Shown one piece after another: positions 1 to 10,008 of a DNA stretch of 64,000 nt (position 1 is the stretch's first letter; each line of letters opens with the position of its first letter). The DNA comes from an uncultured Nitrospiraceae bacterium (GTDB lineage: Bacteria > Nitrospirota > Thermodesulfovibrionia > Thermodesulfovibrionales > Dissulfurispiraceae). The notes beneath the pieces were generated by a model that searched no databases, was not told the origin of the DNA, and worked only from the letters and a program-made list of their open reading frames with translations. Both the position numbers and the translations under genes were made by a program. The DNA lies in NCBI GenBank assembly GCA_963705105.1, contig CAVPIW010000005.1, positions 320,001 through 384,000 on the forward strand, given 5' to 3'.

Positions 1-40
1 GCTTTGCCTCCAGACGAACAAACAACGCTACCTTTACCAT
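1..40 (-). CDS. 5' fragment of a putative antibiotic biosynthesis monooxygenase (ABM)-family protein, runs off the window
   Basis: ATG at 40 with AAGGAG RBS upstream; reads MVKVALFVRLEAK, resembling ABM-family N-termini. Confidence 0.55.
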   Translation of the reverse strand, partial: MVKVALFVRLEAK

Positions 41-67
41 CTCTCTTCTCCTTTCCAAACTTATTCT

Positions 68-229
68 TGACGACCTCGTAAAAAGCCTTGCATAGCACTA
101 TTCTGTCATTCCCGTGCAGACGGGAATCCAGCATTTCGAGGCACTTGCTTATAGTCTGGATACCCGCTCCCCGCTTACTATCCGCGGGGACAAGCCTTGC
201 GGGTATGACGACTTTTTACGAATCCATCA
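68..229. mobile_element. MITE-like element family B copy 1 carrying a GTCATTCC palindrome doublet
   Basis: Imperfect TIR TGACGACCTCGTAAAAAG...CTTTTTACGAATCCATCA, TTCT on both flanks; inner palindromes at 105-130 and 157-209; relative at 14846-14981. Confidence 0.7.
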
Positions 230-287
230 TTCTTCGGCCTCTCATTCAAGTTTAGCACCCTTTATGGACAGTGCAAAACAGGCTTTA

Positions 288-500
288 CCTTATCGTTGCA
301 ATACACTTCCGGGAAAGGCGGGGCGTATGCGCCGAAAACCTTGCTGCGGCGACACCATAACTCTCACAGAAGACAACCTTTCAAACCAATGGTCGACCAC
401 ACAAAGAGTGGAATCCTGAAAGACAAACCTGACGAGGCGTATCGTCGCCTTCAGCAAGGCTTTGAGGCGTTTCGCCACGCCTTTCTATGCAACTACAAGG
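288..500 (+). mobile_element. MITE-like element family A copy
   Basis: CCTT...AAGG termini, ~60-bp imperfect inverted arms, TTTA duplicated at 284-287 and 501-504; close to copies at 16089 and 44411. Confidence 0.85.
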
Positions 501-501
501 T

Positions 502-993
502 TTACGGAGGGCAGGCGACCGGCCTTGCCGTAGCGGTGAGATACGTCTGCGTGATGGCCCCCGTTGTGCCGTTACGCCTTGTGTCGATCATTTTTGCAGT
601 GCCGTTCAGCGACGAGTCGAGCACTATCAGGCCTGTCTCGGAAATGAATGATTGAGCCGCAGGCCCGCCCGGTCCTCCGGGACTTGAAAACGTGTAGTGA
701 ATTCGTATCTCGCTTCCGACCACTTCGGCGCTTCCCGAGACAGGTACGATCACGCCGAAGGCGTTCGTCCTGCCCGTGATCGCCACGTGCGGACCGTCCA
801 GGGAAACGCCGAACTGCATGATCGTCGGGATCCCCCCACCAAAATCAACGAGCCAGCAGAAATCTCCGATATAGTCCGCTCCGGCGTCCGGCGCAGCCCA
901 GACAACGGCAACGGCGATGAAAAGCAACACCCCAACAGCCCGCCACTTCACGGTCATGCACATAATCCGTTCACGTCTCTCACTCGTTTTCAC
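502..993 (-). CDS. Hypothetical secreted protein
   Basis: GTG at 993 with AAGGAGG RBS; hydrophobic signal-like segment; stop codon abuts the MITE. Confidence 0.6.
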   Translation of the reverse strand: MKTSERRERIMCMTVKWRAVGVLLFIAVAVVWAAPDAGADYIGDFCWLVDFGGGIPTIMQFGVSLDGPHVAITGRTNAFGVIVPVSGSAEVVGSEIRIHYTFSSPGGPGGPAAQSFISETGLIVLDSSLNGTAKMIDTRRNGTTGAITQTYLTATARPVACPP

Positions 994-1174
994 GGCCAAC
1001 CTCCTTCGATCGTTTTTTTTGTGAAAGATGCACAACGAAGCACTTGAAACAATTATAAACACCTTCCACTGCAAAAGCGACAGGAAAATCTCGCGTCCGT
1101 TGTTTTTTTGCCTCCCCCTCTGGTAGAATCTATGCCCATGATCAACATACTGACAAATAAGGACTATCTTGCCC

Positions 1175-1750
1175 ATGAATAAACGTGAGAGCCTGATAGA
1201 ATTAGTCAAAAAGGTATCGTACCAGTACAGCGAGGAGCCGGTCTTCAAACTCACCTCGGGAGCGGTCAGCAATTTCTATTTCAACATGAAGAAGACGACG
1301 ATGAGCCCCGAGGGTCTTCATCTGGTCGGCAAGATCGTGTATGACAAGATCGTGAATCTTGGCCTCGACAACGTGAAAGGTATCGGCGGCCTCACCCTGG
1401 GGGCCGATCCGATCGCATATGCCGTTTCATACTATGCCATGACCATGAAGCGCATGATATACGCCTTCAGCATCCGCAAGGAGCCCAAGGGTCATGGCCT
1501 GAAGCTGCCCGTGGAAGGGGACGTGCACCCTGGGGACCATGTGGTGATCATCGACGATGTGGTGACGACGGGGGGCTCGACGATCAAGGCGATAAAGGCG
1601 GCGGAAGACTTCGGCCTTGTCATAGATGCAGTGATCGTGCTTGTTGACCGCTGCGAGATGAACGGCAGACAGAATATCGAAGCCCTGGGATATCCCGTGT
1701 ATGCCATTCTGGCGATCGACGACTTCATGCCGGGCCGCTCATCAAAATAG
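1175..1750 (+). CDS. pyrE: Orotate phosphoribosyltransferase
   Basis: FKLTSG, RKEPKGHG and PRPP-binding VIIDDVVTTGGS motifs. Confidence 0.95.
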   Translation: MNKRESLIELVKKVSYQYSEEPVFKLTSGAVSNFYFNMKKTTMSPEGLHLVGKIVYDKIVNLGLDNVKGIGGLTLGADPIAYAVSYYAMTMKRMIYAFSIRKEPKGHGLKLPVEGDVHPGDHVVIIDDVVTTGGSTIKAIKAAEDFGLVIDAVIVLVDRCEMNGRQNIEALGYPVYAILAIDDFMPGRSSK

Positions 1751-1886
1751 CCTGTCACTGCGCATTTACAGCCGCCTCATCCCCGGCCTCTCCTCGCCTT
1801 GCGTTTGCATTTTCATGAAAAGGCAAGTTAAAGCGCCGCAGGGCTCCCTTTTGTTCACGACAGCGACGGCTGTGATAAGATAAATC

Positions 1887-3637
1887 ATGTCCGTCATCCG
1901 CATCCTGCCCGAAAATCTCCGGAATATGATCGCCGCAGGCGAGGTCGTGGAGCGTCCCGCTTCGGTGGTGAAGGAGCTCCTCGAAAACGCCCTCGATGCC
2001 GGCAGCACAAAGATCGAGATCGACATCGCGAGGGCCGGAAAAGGGCTCATCCGCGTCGCCGACAACGGCGGCGGGATGGATCGCGACGACGCCCTTCTCG
2101 CCTTTCAGCGGTACGCGACGAGCAAGATCGGCGCTGTCGAGGACCTCTTCCGCATCCGCACCCTCGGCTTTCGCGGGGAGGCCCTCTCTTCGATTGCGTC
2201 GGTATCAAGAATGCGGCTTATCACCGCCCTGCCCGGACAGACGGGAACTCTCATCGAGATCGACGGCGGCGAGACGAAGGACCTGCGAGACCATCCCGCA
2301 ACGGGCACGATCATCGAGGTAAAGGACCTTTTTTTCAATACCCCGGCGCGCCGCAAGTTCCTGAAGAGCGATACGACAGAGAACCATCACATCATCGATC
2401 GATCACGCGCTCCGCTCTCTCTCATACCGGAGTGTCTTTCACCCTCCGCATGGACGGCGCAGAGGCGCTGTCTCTCCCCCTGGCGGCTTCGCGAAGGGAG
2501 CGCATAGCCCAGATTTTCGGAAAGGAATTCGCCGATGCGCTCCGGGAATGCAAGGACGACCGGGGCGGCTTCCGGGTCCGCCTGTTCTTGGGCAATCCCC
2601 TGCGCCGTTCAAACTCACGGAAGAATCAGTTCATCTTCGTGAACGGGCGTCCCGTGAGAGACCAGATTATCACCTCGGCCGTCTACAGGGCCTGCGAGGA
2701 CGTCATGCCGAAGGACAGCCATCCCGTCTTCTTCGCATTTCTGGACGCCGATCCGGCAAGCGTGGATGTCAACGTCCACCCGACGAAGCGGGAGGTGCGC
2801 TTTGCGGACCGGCAGGCCATCTTTTCCCTGATCCTCGGTACTGCCCGCAAAGCATTAGCACCTGCCGATTCGGCACCTGAGACCCCCTTCCTGCATGATG
2901 ACGTACCGGTTTGCCCGTCCGAAGCCCGATTTGTCAGCGACGGTTCTCCGGTGACCTCAGAAGCGGGTTACCCGTCAGCCGGTCCGGAAAGACAGGGGGT
3001 GATGCTCGGTGACGGGCAGGCCGCGGCGACGTACAGGGCGGGTGACGGAGACACGCCTTTTTTCTACATCGGCGATACCTTTGTTGCCCTTCCCGGAAAA
3101 GACGGGCTGACACTCATGGACTACCACGCCGCGCACGAACGGGTGAATTACGAGAAATTCCTGAAAAAGACAGCCATCTCTGCCCACAGGCTGCTGTTTC
3201 CCCAGCAGGTGAAGCTCACTGCCGCGGACTACCGGATCATCATTGAGAATGCCGGATTCCTCTCCGAGTTCGGCCTCGACGTTGACGATTTCGGCCACGA
3301 AACCGTCGTCGTCAGAAGCCTTCCCGACGTTCTCCGGGATGCCGACGCAGAGGCGCTCCTGGGTGATCTCGCCTCATCACTGCTGAGCAGGGAAGATTTT
3401 GCTGATCCTGCCGACCCTGACCCGGGCCTCGATCCCTCGTGGTCGATAAAAAGGAAGATCGCCGCAAGGCTGGCCTGCCACGGTTCGTACAGGGGAAAGG
3501 AAGACCGCATCAGGGTGCGGATCGGCGAGTTGCTGAGGGACCTGGATGCGGCGGAACACCCTCACGTCTGCCCTCACGGCAGGCCCACGAGGATATTCCT
3601 GTCTCTCAGGGAACTGAAGAAAATGTTCCGGAAATAG
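1887..3637 (+). CDS. mutL: DNA mismatch repair protein MutL, split by an apparent 1-bp deletion near 2400 (error or pseudogene)
   Basis: [57 protein letters not shown] across ORFs 1887-2507 and 2432-3637. Confidence 0.92.
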
Positions 3638-3643
3638 CGGTCG

Positions 3644-4462
3644 TCACCCGAAAGCGACGTCGAGGATCATCATGACGACGAACCCGACGATGGCGCCAAG
3701 GGTGGCAAGGTCGGTGTTGTTGTGGCGCTGTGACTCGGGAATCAGTTCTTCGACGGTGACGAAGATCATGGCGCCGGCAGCGAACCCGAGGGCATAGGGC
3801 AGGATCGACTGGGCGCCAGCAACGAGCGCCGCGCCGATGACTCCCGCCACGGGCTCGACCAACCCTGAGAGTTGACCGTACCAGAAACTTTTCAGCCGTG
3901 ACATCCCTTCCCGTCTCAGGGGGACCGAGACGGCGACCCCCTCGGGGAAGTTCTGGATGCCGATGCCGAGGGCCAGGGCCATCGCCCCCGTTACTGATGC
4001 GCTCGCCACACCTTCGCCGGCTGCTCCGAAGGCGACGCCGACGGCAAGACCTTCCGGAATGTTATGAAGGGTCACGGCGAGGACAAGGAGCGTGCTCCTG
4101 CGCCAGGTCGTCCTGATGCCCTCCGCCTCGCTGATCAAAGCCCCTGTGTGGAGGTGGGGCAATATTCTGTCGACGATCCTGAGGGAAACGCCCCCGAGGA
4201 GAAACCCAGCGGCGGCAGGCAGCCAGGGAGGCAAGCCGAGCCCCTGGGACATCTCGATGGCCGGCGCAAGGAGTGACCAGAAACTCGCGGCGATCATGAC
4301 GCCGCTTGCAAAACCGAGCATGCCGTCAAGGACTTTCCTGCTCACGGTCCTTGTAAGGAAGACGAGCGCCGCGCCAAGGGCCGTCAGGAACCAGGTGAAA
4401 CACGTGGCCAGGAACGCCTGCCCGACGGGGCTGAAGGGCTGAATGAAATCAATGGTGCTCAT
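3644..4462 (-). CDS. ZIP family metal transporter (ZupT/GufA-like)
   Basis: [11 protein letters not shown] and IQNFPEG motifs, many TM segments. Confidence 0.9.
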   Translation of the reverse strand: MSTIDFIQPFSPVGQAFLATCFTWFLTALGAALVFLTRTVSRKVLDGMLGFASGVMIAASFWSLLAPAIEMSQGLGLPPWLPAAAGFLLGGVSLRIVDRILPHLHTGALISEAEGIRTTWRRSTLLVLAVTLHNIPEGLAVGVAFGAAGEGVASASVTGAMALALGIGIQNFPEGVAVSVPLRREGMSRLKSFWYGQLSGLVEPVAGVIGAALVAGAQSILPYALGFAAGAMIFVTVEELIPESQRHNNTDLATLGAIVGFVVMMILDVAFG

Positions 4463-4510
4463 GGGTCCGCTCCATACTACTATTGTAGCCTCCACCACCG
4501 CTCCTGTAAA

Positions 4511-4660
4511 CCTCATCGTTGCGAACGCCCTCCGGAAAGGCGCGGTACGTGCGCCGAAAAGCCTCGGTGCTGCGACACCTTTGTCGTCCCATAGAGACCA
4601 TTTTAGGTCGCTGGTGTCCAAAATGATCTGACACGAAGCGCTTTGCCCCGCCTTTCCCGA
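4511..4660 (+). mobile_element. Degenerate family A MITE copy
   Basis: CCTCATCGTTGC...GAAAGGCG...CCGAAAAGCCT left arm and GCCCCGCCTTTC right arm; core related to the 21091 copy. Confidence 0.6.
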
Positions 4661-4818
4661 TGAATTCCATTCACTGACACTCACTCACACCTACACTGCC
4701 GTCGTCCTTGTTGGCATATGCCTGCGCAATTTAGTACAATGTGGACATGAGGGTTCAGGTTTTTTTAAAGGCCTGCAACGTAACCATCACATCTTCCAGT
4801 CGCACAAGGAGAAAGAAA

Positions 4819-5235
4819 ATGAAAGTGCTGAAGATTCTGCTGCTTTCCGTGATCGTCACGGGACTCGTCTTTTCAGTCGCGACCGCCTCAAAGCACACAC
4901 CGGAAGAACGGGGCAAGGCGCTCTTCAATGACCCGAAGTTCGCCGGCGCCACAGCCGGCAAATCCTGCGCTACCTGCCATCCGAAGGGCAAAGGACTGGA
5001 GGCTGCCGGCGAGAAGAAGGAATTCAAGATCATGGGGAAATCGCAGAAGAGTCTCGAGGAGGCGGTCAACTTCTGCATCGAAGGCGCCATCAAGGGGAAA
5101 CCCATCGATCCGAAATCGGACCAGATGAATGATATGGTCGCCTATATCAAGTCGCTGAAGGGCAAGGCGAAGGCGGAAGACAAGGTAAAGGCCCCCGCGG
5201 AGAAGCCGAAGAAGAAGAAGATCGAAGGCTGTTAA
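4819..5235 (+). CDS. Periplasmic monoheme c-type cytochrome
   Basis: Signal peptide, CATCH heme motif, AAGGAG RBS. Confidence 0.88.
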   Translation: MKVLKILLLSVIVTGLVFSVATASKHTPEERGKALFNDPKFAGATAGKSCATCHPKGKGLEAAGEKKEFKIMGKSQKSLEEAVNFCIEGAIKGKPIDPKSDQMNDMVAYIKSLKGKAKAEDKVKAPAEKPKKKKIEGC

Positions 5236-5242
5236 GCAAAGA

Positions 5243-5278
5243 CGGGGGGAGAGGACAATCTCCCCCCGATTTCCTTTT
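5243..5278 (+). terminator. Stem-loop, probable intrinsic terminator
   Basis: 10-bp stem CGGGGGGAGA/TCTCCCCCCG followed by a T-rich tract just after the stop codon. Confidence 0.6.
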
Positions 5279-5282
5279 AATT

Positions 5283-6047
5283 ATGAACCTCTTTCTCATT
5301 AAATCAGGCCTCTCTGTCCTTTTGCTTCTACTCGCGGGCATTTCGACATTCACGATGCTCGAAGTGTTCGGCAGGAGTGAAAAGCGCTACAACATCCAGA
5401 CGCTGAAGACGATTCACAGGGTCTCAGGCATTGTTTACATCCTCCTCTTCCTCTGTGTCGCATACCTGTGCGTTCATTATCTCGTCGTGGCCAAGTCCGA
5501 TCTGACTCCCCGCAATACGGTCCATATCCTCTTCGCCCTGTCGATCTTTGCGCTCCTAAGTCTGAAGGTCCTGTTCGTGAAGGTGTACCGCCAATTCTAC
5601 CCGAAGGTGCAGACCATGGGGCTTGCCCTGTCCCTGCTCACGGTGGGACTCTTCGGCTTTTCCGGCGGGTTTTATCTTGCCGTGACGGAGTTCGGGACGG
5701 ACGATGCCTACTACCGGAAGCATGAGCAGGCGGAACAGGCCCGGGAAAGCTCCGGAACGGGAGATCCCCTTGCAAAGACGGTCATTCATCGCGGCGATCC
5801 GAAGAAAGGGCGGACTGTCTTCGAAGAAAAGTGCCGCTTCTGTCACGATCCCGGCAGTGCGCAGATCACCGTCGGGCCCGGGCTCAAGGGGATTCTCAAG
5901 GGCTCATCATTGCCGGCGAGCGGCAAGCCGGCGACACCGCAAAACATCGCTCTCCAGTTGAAGAAACCACTCGGCAAGATGCCTTCCTTCGCACACATGA
6001 CGGACGAAGAAGTGGCCAACTTGCTTGCATATCTGAAGACGCTCTGA
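5283..6047 (+). CDS. Membrane protein with C-terminal c-type cytochrome domain
   Basis: About four N-terminal TM helices with His residues; CRFCH motif; distal MPSF Met ligand. Confidence 0.85.
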   Translation: MNLFLIKSGLSVLLLLLAGISTFTMLEVFGRSEKRYNIQTLKTIHRVSGIVYILLFLCVAYLCVHYLVVAKSDLTPRNTVHILFALSIFALLSLKVLFVKVYRQFYPKVQTMGLALSLLTVGLFGFSGGFYLAVTEFGTDDAYYRKHEQAEQARESSGTGDPLAKTVIHRGDPKKGRTVFEEKCRFCHDPGSAQITVGPGLKGILKGSSLPASGKPATPQNIALQLKKPLGKMPSFAHMTDEEVANLLAYLKTL

Positions 6048-6093
6048 AAATAGTGACAGTGTCGGTGTGAGTGTCAGTCAAAGGGAGGGAAAA

Positions 6094-6465
6094 GTGAAGA
6101 TCCGCATCATCCTGTGTGTCATTTCAGGGCTCGTCATCCTGTTTGCTTTCAGCGGCGCCCGGTCCGCATCACCGTCAAAGGCGCAGCCGGTCGTTGTCAA
6201 GAAAGACAGGAAGAGCATCGAGGCGGGCAGGGGCTTGTTCAGGGACAAGTGCTCCTTCTGCCACGAGACGGCGAGCACCGCCTCCATCGTCGGGCCCGGG
6301 CTCAAGGGGATCATGAAAAACAAGACCCTCCCGGTCAGCGGAAGGCCGTCCACAGCGGAAAGCATCGTCTATCAGATGAGGACCCCTTTCAAGGAAATGC
6401 CGTCGTTTTCCTACATGAACGACAGGGACATCGGCAACATCATCGCGTTCCTCAATACGCTGTAG
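6094..6465 (+). CDS. Monoheme c-type cytochrome, paralog of the preceding C-terminal domain
   Basis: GTG with GGAGG RBS; signal peptide; CSFCH, VGPGLKG, MPSF. Confidence 0.88.
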   Translation: MKIRIILCVISGLVILFAFSGARSASPSKAQPVVVKKDRKSIEAGRGLFRDKCSFCHETASTASIVGPGLKGIMKNKTLPVSGRPSTAESIVYQMRTPFKEMPSFSYMNDRDIGNIIAFLNTL

Positions 6466-6476
6466 AGGTCACCGGC

Positions 6477-8507
6477 ATGCCCCGCAACATTCCCGTCGGC
6501 AATGACAGCCTCCTCATCACCTTCGATGAGGACTACTGCATCAGGGACATTTACTTCCCCTGCGTCGGCAAGGAGAACCACACCGTCGGGCACCGATTCA
6601 GGACCGGGCTCTGGGTCGACGGGCAATTCAGTTGGATCGACCGCTCCTGGAACCTCAACCTTGAATACGCGGGAGAGAGCATCATGAGCCACGTCACTGC
6701 CGTCAACGAGCGTCTCGGTGTGACCCTTCACTGCAACGACCTTGTAGATTACCGCGAAAACATCTACATCAAAAAAATCCTGATCAGGAATCTCGCCGAC
6801 CGGAAGCGCGAATTCCGCCTCTTTTTTCAGCACGACTTCCACATCTCCGAGTCCCCGACGGGGGACACGGCTTACTACGACCCGGACGAGCGGGCGGTCA
6901 TACACTACAAGGGGAACCGCTATTTCCTGACAAGCGGCATGCGGAATTCGGCGCACGGCATTGACCAGTTCGCCACGGGCGTCAAGGAATTCAGGGGGAT
7001 GGAGGGCACATGGAGGGACGCTGAGGACGGGGTGCTCGGGGGCAATCCCATCGCACAGGGATCGGTCGATTCCACAATCGGGTTCACCGTCACAGTGGAA
7101 GCCTCGGGCCTGCAGACCATTTACTACTGGATAACGGCAGGGCAGAACTACTCCGAAGTGAGCACCCTGAACAAGATGGTCGTGGGCCACGGCGTGGAGC
7201 ACCTCATCGCGAGGACCGACAGTTACTGGAGCGCATGGATCGACAAGGAGGGGTTCGATCTCTCGGTCCTCCCCGCCGGAGTCGCCAACCTCTTCAGGAA
7301 CAGCCTCCTCATCATGAGGACCAATGTCGACTCGACAGGGGCGATCATGGCTGCCAACGATTCCGACATCCAGCACTTTGCGCGGGATACCTACAGCTAT
7401 ATGTGGCCGAGGGACGGCGCCCTCACGGCCTATGCCTTCGACCTGGCCGGTTATATCGGCATTTCGAGACGGTTTTTCGATTTCTGCCTCGACATCATCG
7501 GCAAGGGCAAGGAATCGGTCGGCTATTTCCTCCACAAGTACAACCCCGACGGGTCCCTCGGCAGTTCCTGGCACCCCTGGATCAGCGACAGCGACAAAAA
7601 ACTGCCCATCCAGGAGGATGGCACAGGGCTCGTGCTCTGGGCGCTCTGGCACCACTTCCATAAATACCGGGACATCGAATTCATCGTCAGGCTCTACGAA
7701 CAGCTCGTCACCCGCTGCGGGGACTTCCTCACGTCTTACCGGGACGGAGAAACGGGCCTTCCCCTTCCCTCCTACGATCTCTGGGAGGAGAAGTGGGGGG
7801 TCCACACCTTCACGGTTTCTGCTGTCTATGCAGGCATCAGGGCTGCCGAGAATTTTACGCGCTTCTTCAGCGACTTCCGGAGGGCAAAGATGTATGCCCG
7901 GGCTGCCGACGAGATCAGGACCGCCATGGACACGTACCTGTACAGCCGGGAGCACGGCAGGTTCCTCAAGTCGATCGTCCCCCGTGACGACGGGTCCTTC
8001 GACGTCGATCTCACCGTCGATTCCAGCATGTACGCGCCTTTCTATTTCGGTGTTTTCGAGCCCGATGACGAGAGGGTCGTGAACACGATGCATGCGATCA
8101 GGGAAAAACTATGGGTCAAAACGGAGGTGGGAGGGATCGCGCGGTACGAGTATGATTACTATCACAGGGTGTCGGACAACGTGAGGGATGTGCCGGGAAA
8201 CCCCTGGTTCATCTGTACCCTGTGGCTCGCCCAGTGGCACATTGCGCGGGCGAAGACGGCCGACGACCTCAAAGAGGTGATCCCGATCCTTGAATGGGTC
8301 GTCTCGCGGGCCTTGCCCTCAGGCGTTCTGGCTGAACAGGTCCATCCCTACACGAACAAGCCACTGTCCGTCTCCCCCCTGACGTGGAGCCACGCAGCCT
8401 TTGTGACAACGGTCCTGGAGTACCTGAACAAGCTCGAAACGATCCATGTCTGCCCCATGTGCGGCGCACCCCTTCACAGCCACAGAAGGGACATGCACCA
8501 CGGGTGA
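6477..8507 (+). CDS. Glycoside hydrolase family 15 (glucoamylase-like)
   Basis: YSYMWPRDG, DLWEE, LAEQV, PLTWSHA motifs. Confidence 0.92.
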   Translation: MPRNIPVGNDSLLITFDEDYCIRDIYFPCVGKENHTVGHRFRTGLWVDGQFSWIDRSWNLNLEYAGESIMSHVTAVNERLGVTLHCNDLVDYRENIYIKKILIRNLADRKREFRLFFQHDFHISESPTGDTAYYDPDERAVIHYKGNRYFLTSGMRNSAHGIDQFATGVKEFRGMEGTWRDAEDGVLGGNPIAQGSVDSTIGFTVTVEASGLQTIYYWITAGQNYSEVSTLNKMVVGHGVEHLIARTDSYWSAWIDKEGFDLSVLPAGVANLFRNSLLIMRTNVDSTGAIMAANDSDIQHFARDTYSYMWPRDGALTAYAFDLAGYIGISRRFFDFCLDIIGKGKESVGYFLHKYNPDGSLGSSWHPWISDSDKKLPIQEDGTGLVLWALWHHFHKYRDIEFIVRLYEQLVTRCGDFLTSYRDGETGLPLPSYDLWEEKWGVHTFTVSAVYAGIRAAENFTRFFSDFRRAKMYARAADEIRTAMDTYLYSREHGRFLKSIVPRDDGSFDVDLTVDSSMYAPFYFGVFEPDDERVVNTMHAIREKLWVKTEVGGIARYEYDYYHRVSDNVRDVPGNPWFICTLWLAQWHIARAKTADDLKEVIPILEWVVSRALPSGVLAEQVHPYTNKPLSVSPLTWSHAAFVTTVLEYLNKLETIHVCPMCGAPLHSHRRDMHHG

Positions 8508-8511
8508 CAAT

Positions 8512-8739
8512 ATGCCGGCGCAGATAGAAGACAACTACGAGAACGAGGCCGTCTGCCTGCGGTTCTGCGGGACCTGCCCCTCCTACCCGGGAGTGAAAGG
8601 CGAAATCCTTTTCTGCGCCCGCGGCAAGAGCGGCGCCCCGAAGCGGAAAACAGGATGCAACTGCGGTCTCTGCGACCTCTGGAACAAGTACGAGCTGTCG
8701 GATTTCTACTATTGCATCGACAGGAAAAAGGAGGATTAG
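8512..8739 (+). CDS. Small Cys-rich protein (DUF2769-like)
   Basis: CGTCPSY, LFCARGKS, GCNCGLC, YYC pattern. Confidence 0.7.
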   Translation: MPAQIEDNYENEAVCLRFCGTCPSYPGVKGEILFCARGKSGAPKRKTGCNCGLCDLWNKYELSDFYYCIDRKKED

Positions 8740-8769
8740 AGGGCGAGCCGCTGTTGCCGTGAAAAGTCC

Positions 8770-10008
8770 ATGGCAAAGTATATGAAGAGACGGGATTTTC
8801 TCAAACACTCCGTTGCGGCAGTCGGCGCGCTCGTCGCGTCGGCTCAGGAAGGGCAGGCGCAGCATGACCACGGGGCCCATGCCGGACATGGCGCCGCGGA
8901 AGGACCGAAGCATGATCACATAAAGATGCACGAGCCCGTCGGATGGTCGGACCCGAAGATCACGATGTCCCCCCCACCCCCCCTCATGGGAAAGCAGATG
9001 GGCAGTGTCCACACGCCGGATGTCCCTCCTATAGGTTACGAACTGGACGGCAGGGTCAAGGTCTTCACCCTCATCGTCCAGCCCGTGGAGCGTCTCATCC
9101 TCGACGGCGAACCTCCCGAGGGCTCCATCTGGGACAGGGTCCACAAGGCAAAGGGAATCATGCAGGGCATGCACATCCCGAAGAAGGTGAGGGTCTGGGG
9201 AGTCAACGGCGTTGTCCCCGGCCCGACCATCGAGGCCGTCGAAGGAGACCGGGTGCGTTTCATCGTCAGGAACGAGCTGCCCGAGCCGACATCGGTCCAC
9301 TGGCACGGCATCGAACTCCCCAATGATCAGGACGGTGTCGGCGGCGTCACGCAACCGCCGGTCCAACCGGGGGAGACCTTCGTCTATGAGTTCACGCTCT
9401 ACCAGCACGGCACGTTCATGTATCATTCGAGCTTCAATGAGAAGAAGCAGGTCGGCATGGGGTTCGGGGGGATGTTCGTCGTCCATCCGAAGAAAAGGCG
9501 TTTCTCCATCGACAGGGACTTCGCCATCGTCATACAGGAGTGGAAGTTCCTCCCGGGCAACGAAAATCCCGAGATCACCTCAACGGACCCCAACTGGTTC
9601 ACCTTCAACGCCAAATCGGCGCCCAGCACGGAGATCCTGACAGTGAACCAGGGAGACCGCGTGCGGATACGCTTCGGGAACCTGAGCAACCAGAACAGCC
9701 ATCCCATCCACCTGCACGGCCACACATGGAAGGTCGTCGGCACCGAGGGCGGTCCGGTTCCCGAATCGGCGCAATGGCCGGGAAACACCGTCGACGTGGC
9801 TCCGGGCTCAGTGCGGGACGTGGAGTTCGTCGCCTGGAACCCCGGGCTCTGGCACTTTCACTGCCACAAGCTCCACCACACAGTCAACGCCCATGCCGAC
9901 ATGCCCATGGGCGTCATGCCCATGGGAGGAATGACCACCTTTCTCCAGGTGATACCGAAAGACCCGAAGCCAACCTGGAGGCACTTCAGCGACAAAGGAA
10001 AGCGATGA
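8770..10008 (+). CDS. Tat-exported multicopper oxidase
   Basis: KRRDFLK Tat motif; HWHG, MYHS, HPIHLHGH, HCHKLHH copper ligands. Confidence 0.92.
   Translation: MAKYMKRRDFLKHSVAAVGALVASAQEGQAQHDHGAHAGHGAAEGPKHDHIKMHEPVGWSDPKITMSPPPPLMGKQMGSVHTPDVPPIGYELDGRVKVFTLIVQPVERLILDGEPPEGSIWDRVHKAKGIMQGMHIPKKVRVWGVNGVVPGPTIEAVEGDRVRFIVRNELPEPTSVHWHGIELPNDQDGVGGVTQPPVQPGETFVYEFTLYQHGTFMYHSSFNEKKQVGMGFGGMFVVHPKKRRFSIDRDFAIVIQEWKFLPGNENPEITSTDPNWFTFNAKSAPSTEILTVNQGDRVRIRFGNLSNQNSHPIHLHGHTWKVVGTEGGPVPESAQWPGNTVDVAPGSVRDVEFVAWNPGLWHFHCHKLHHTVNAHADMPMGVMPMGGMTTFLQVIPKDPKPTWRHFSDKGKR

Noticed and set aside
296..655. Recurrent MQYTSGKGGAYAPKTLLRR ORFs (also 11919 and within 44242) as a peptide family
   Set aside because: They are translations of the MITE arm, lack an RBS and diverge out of frame.
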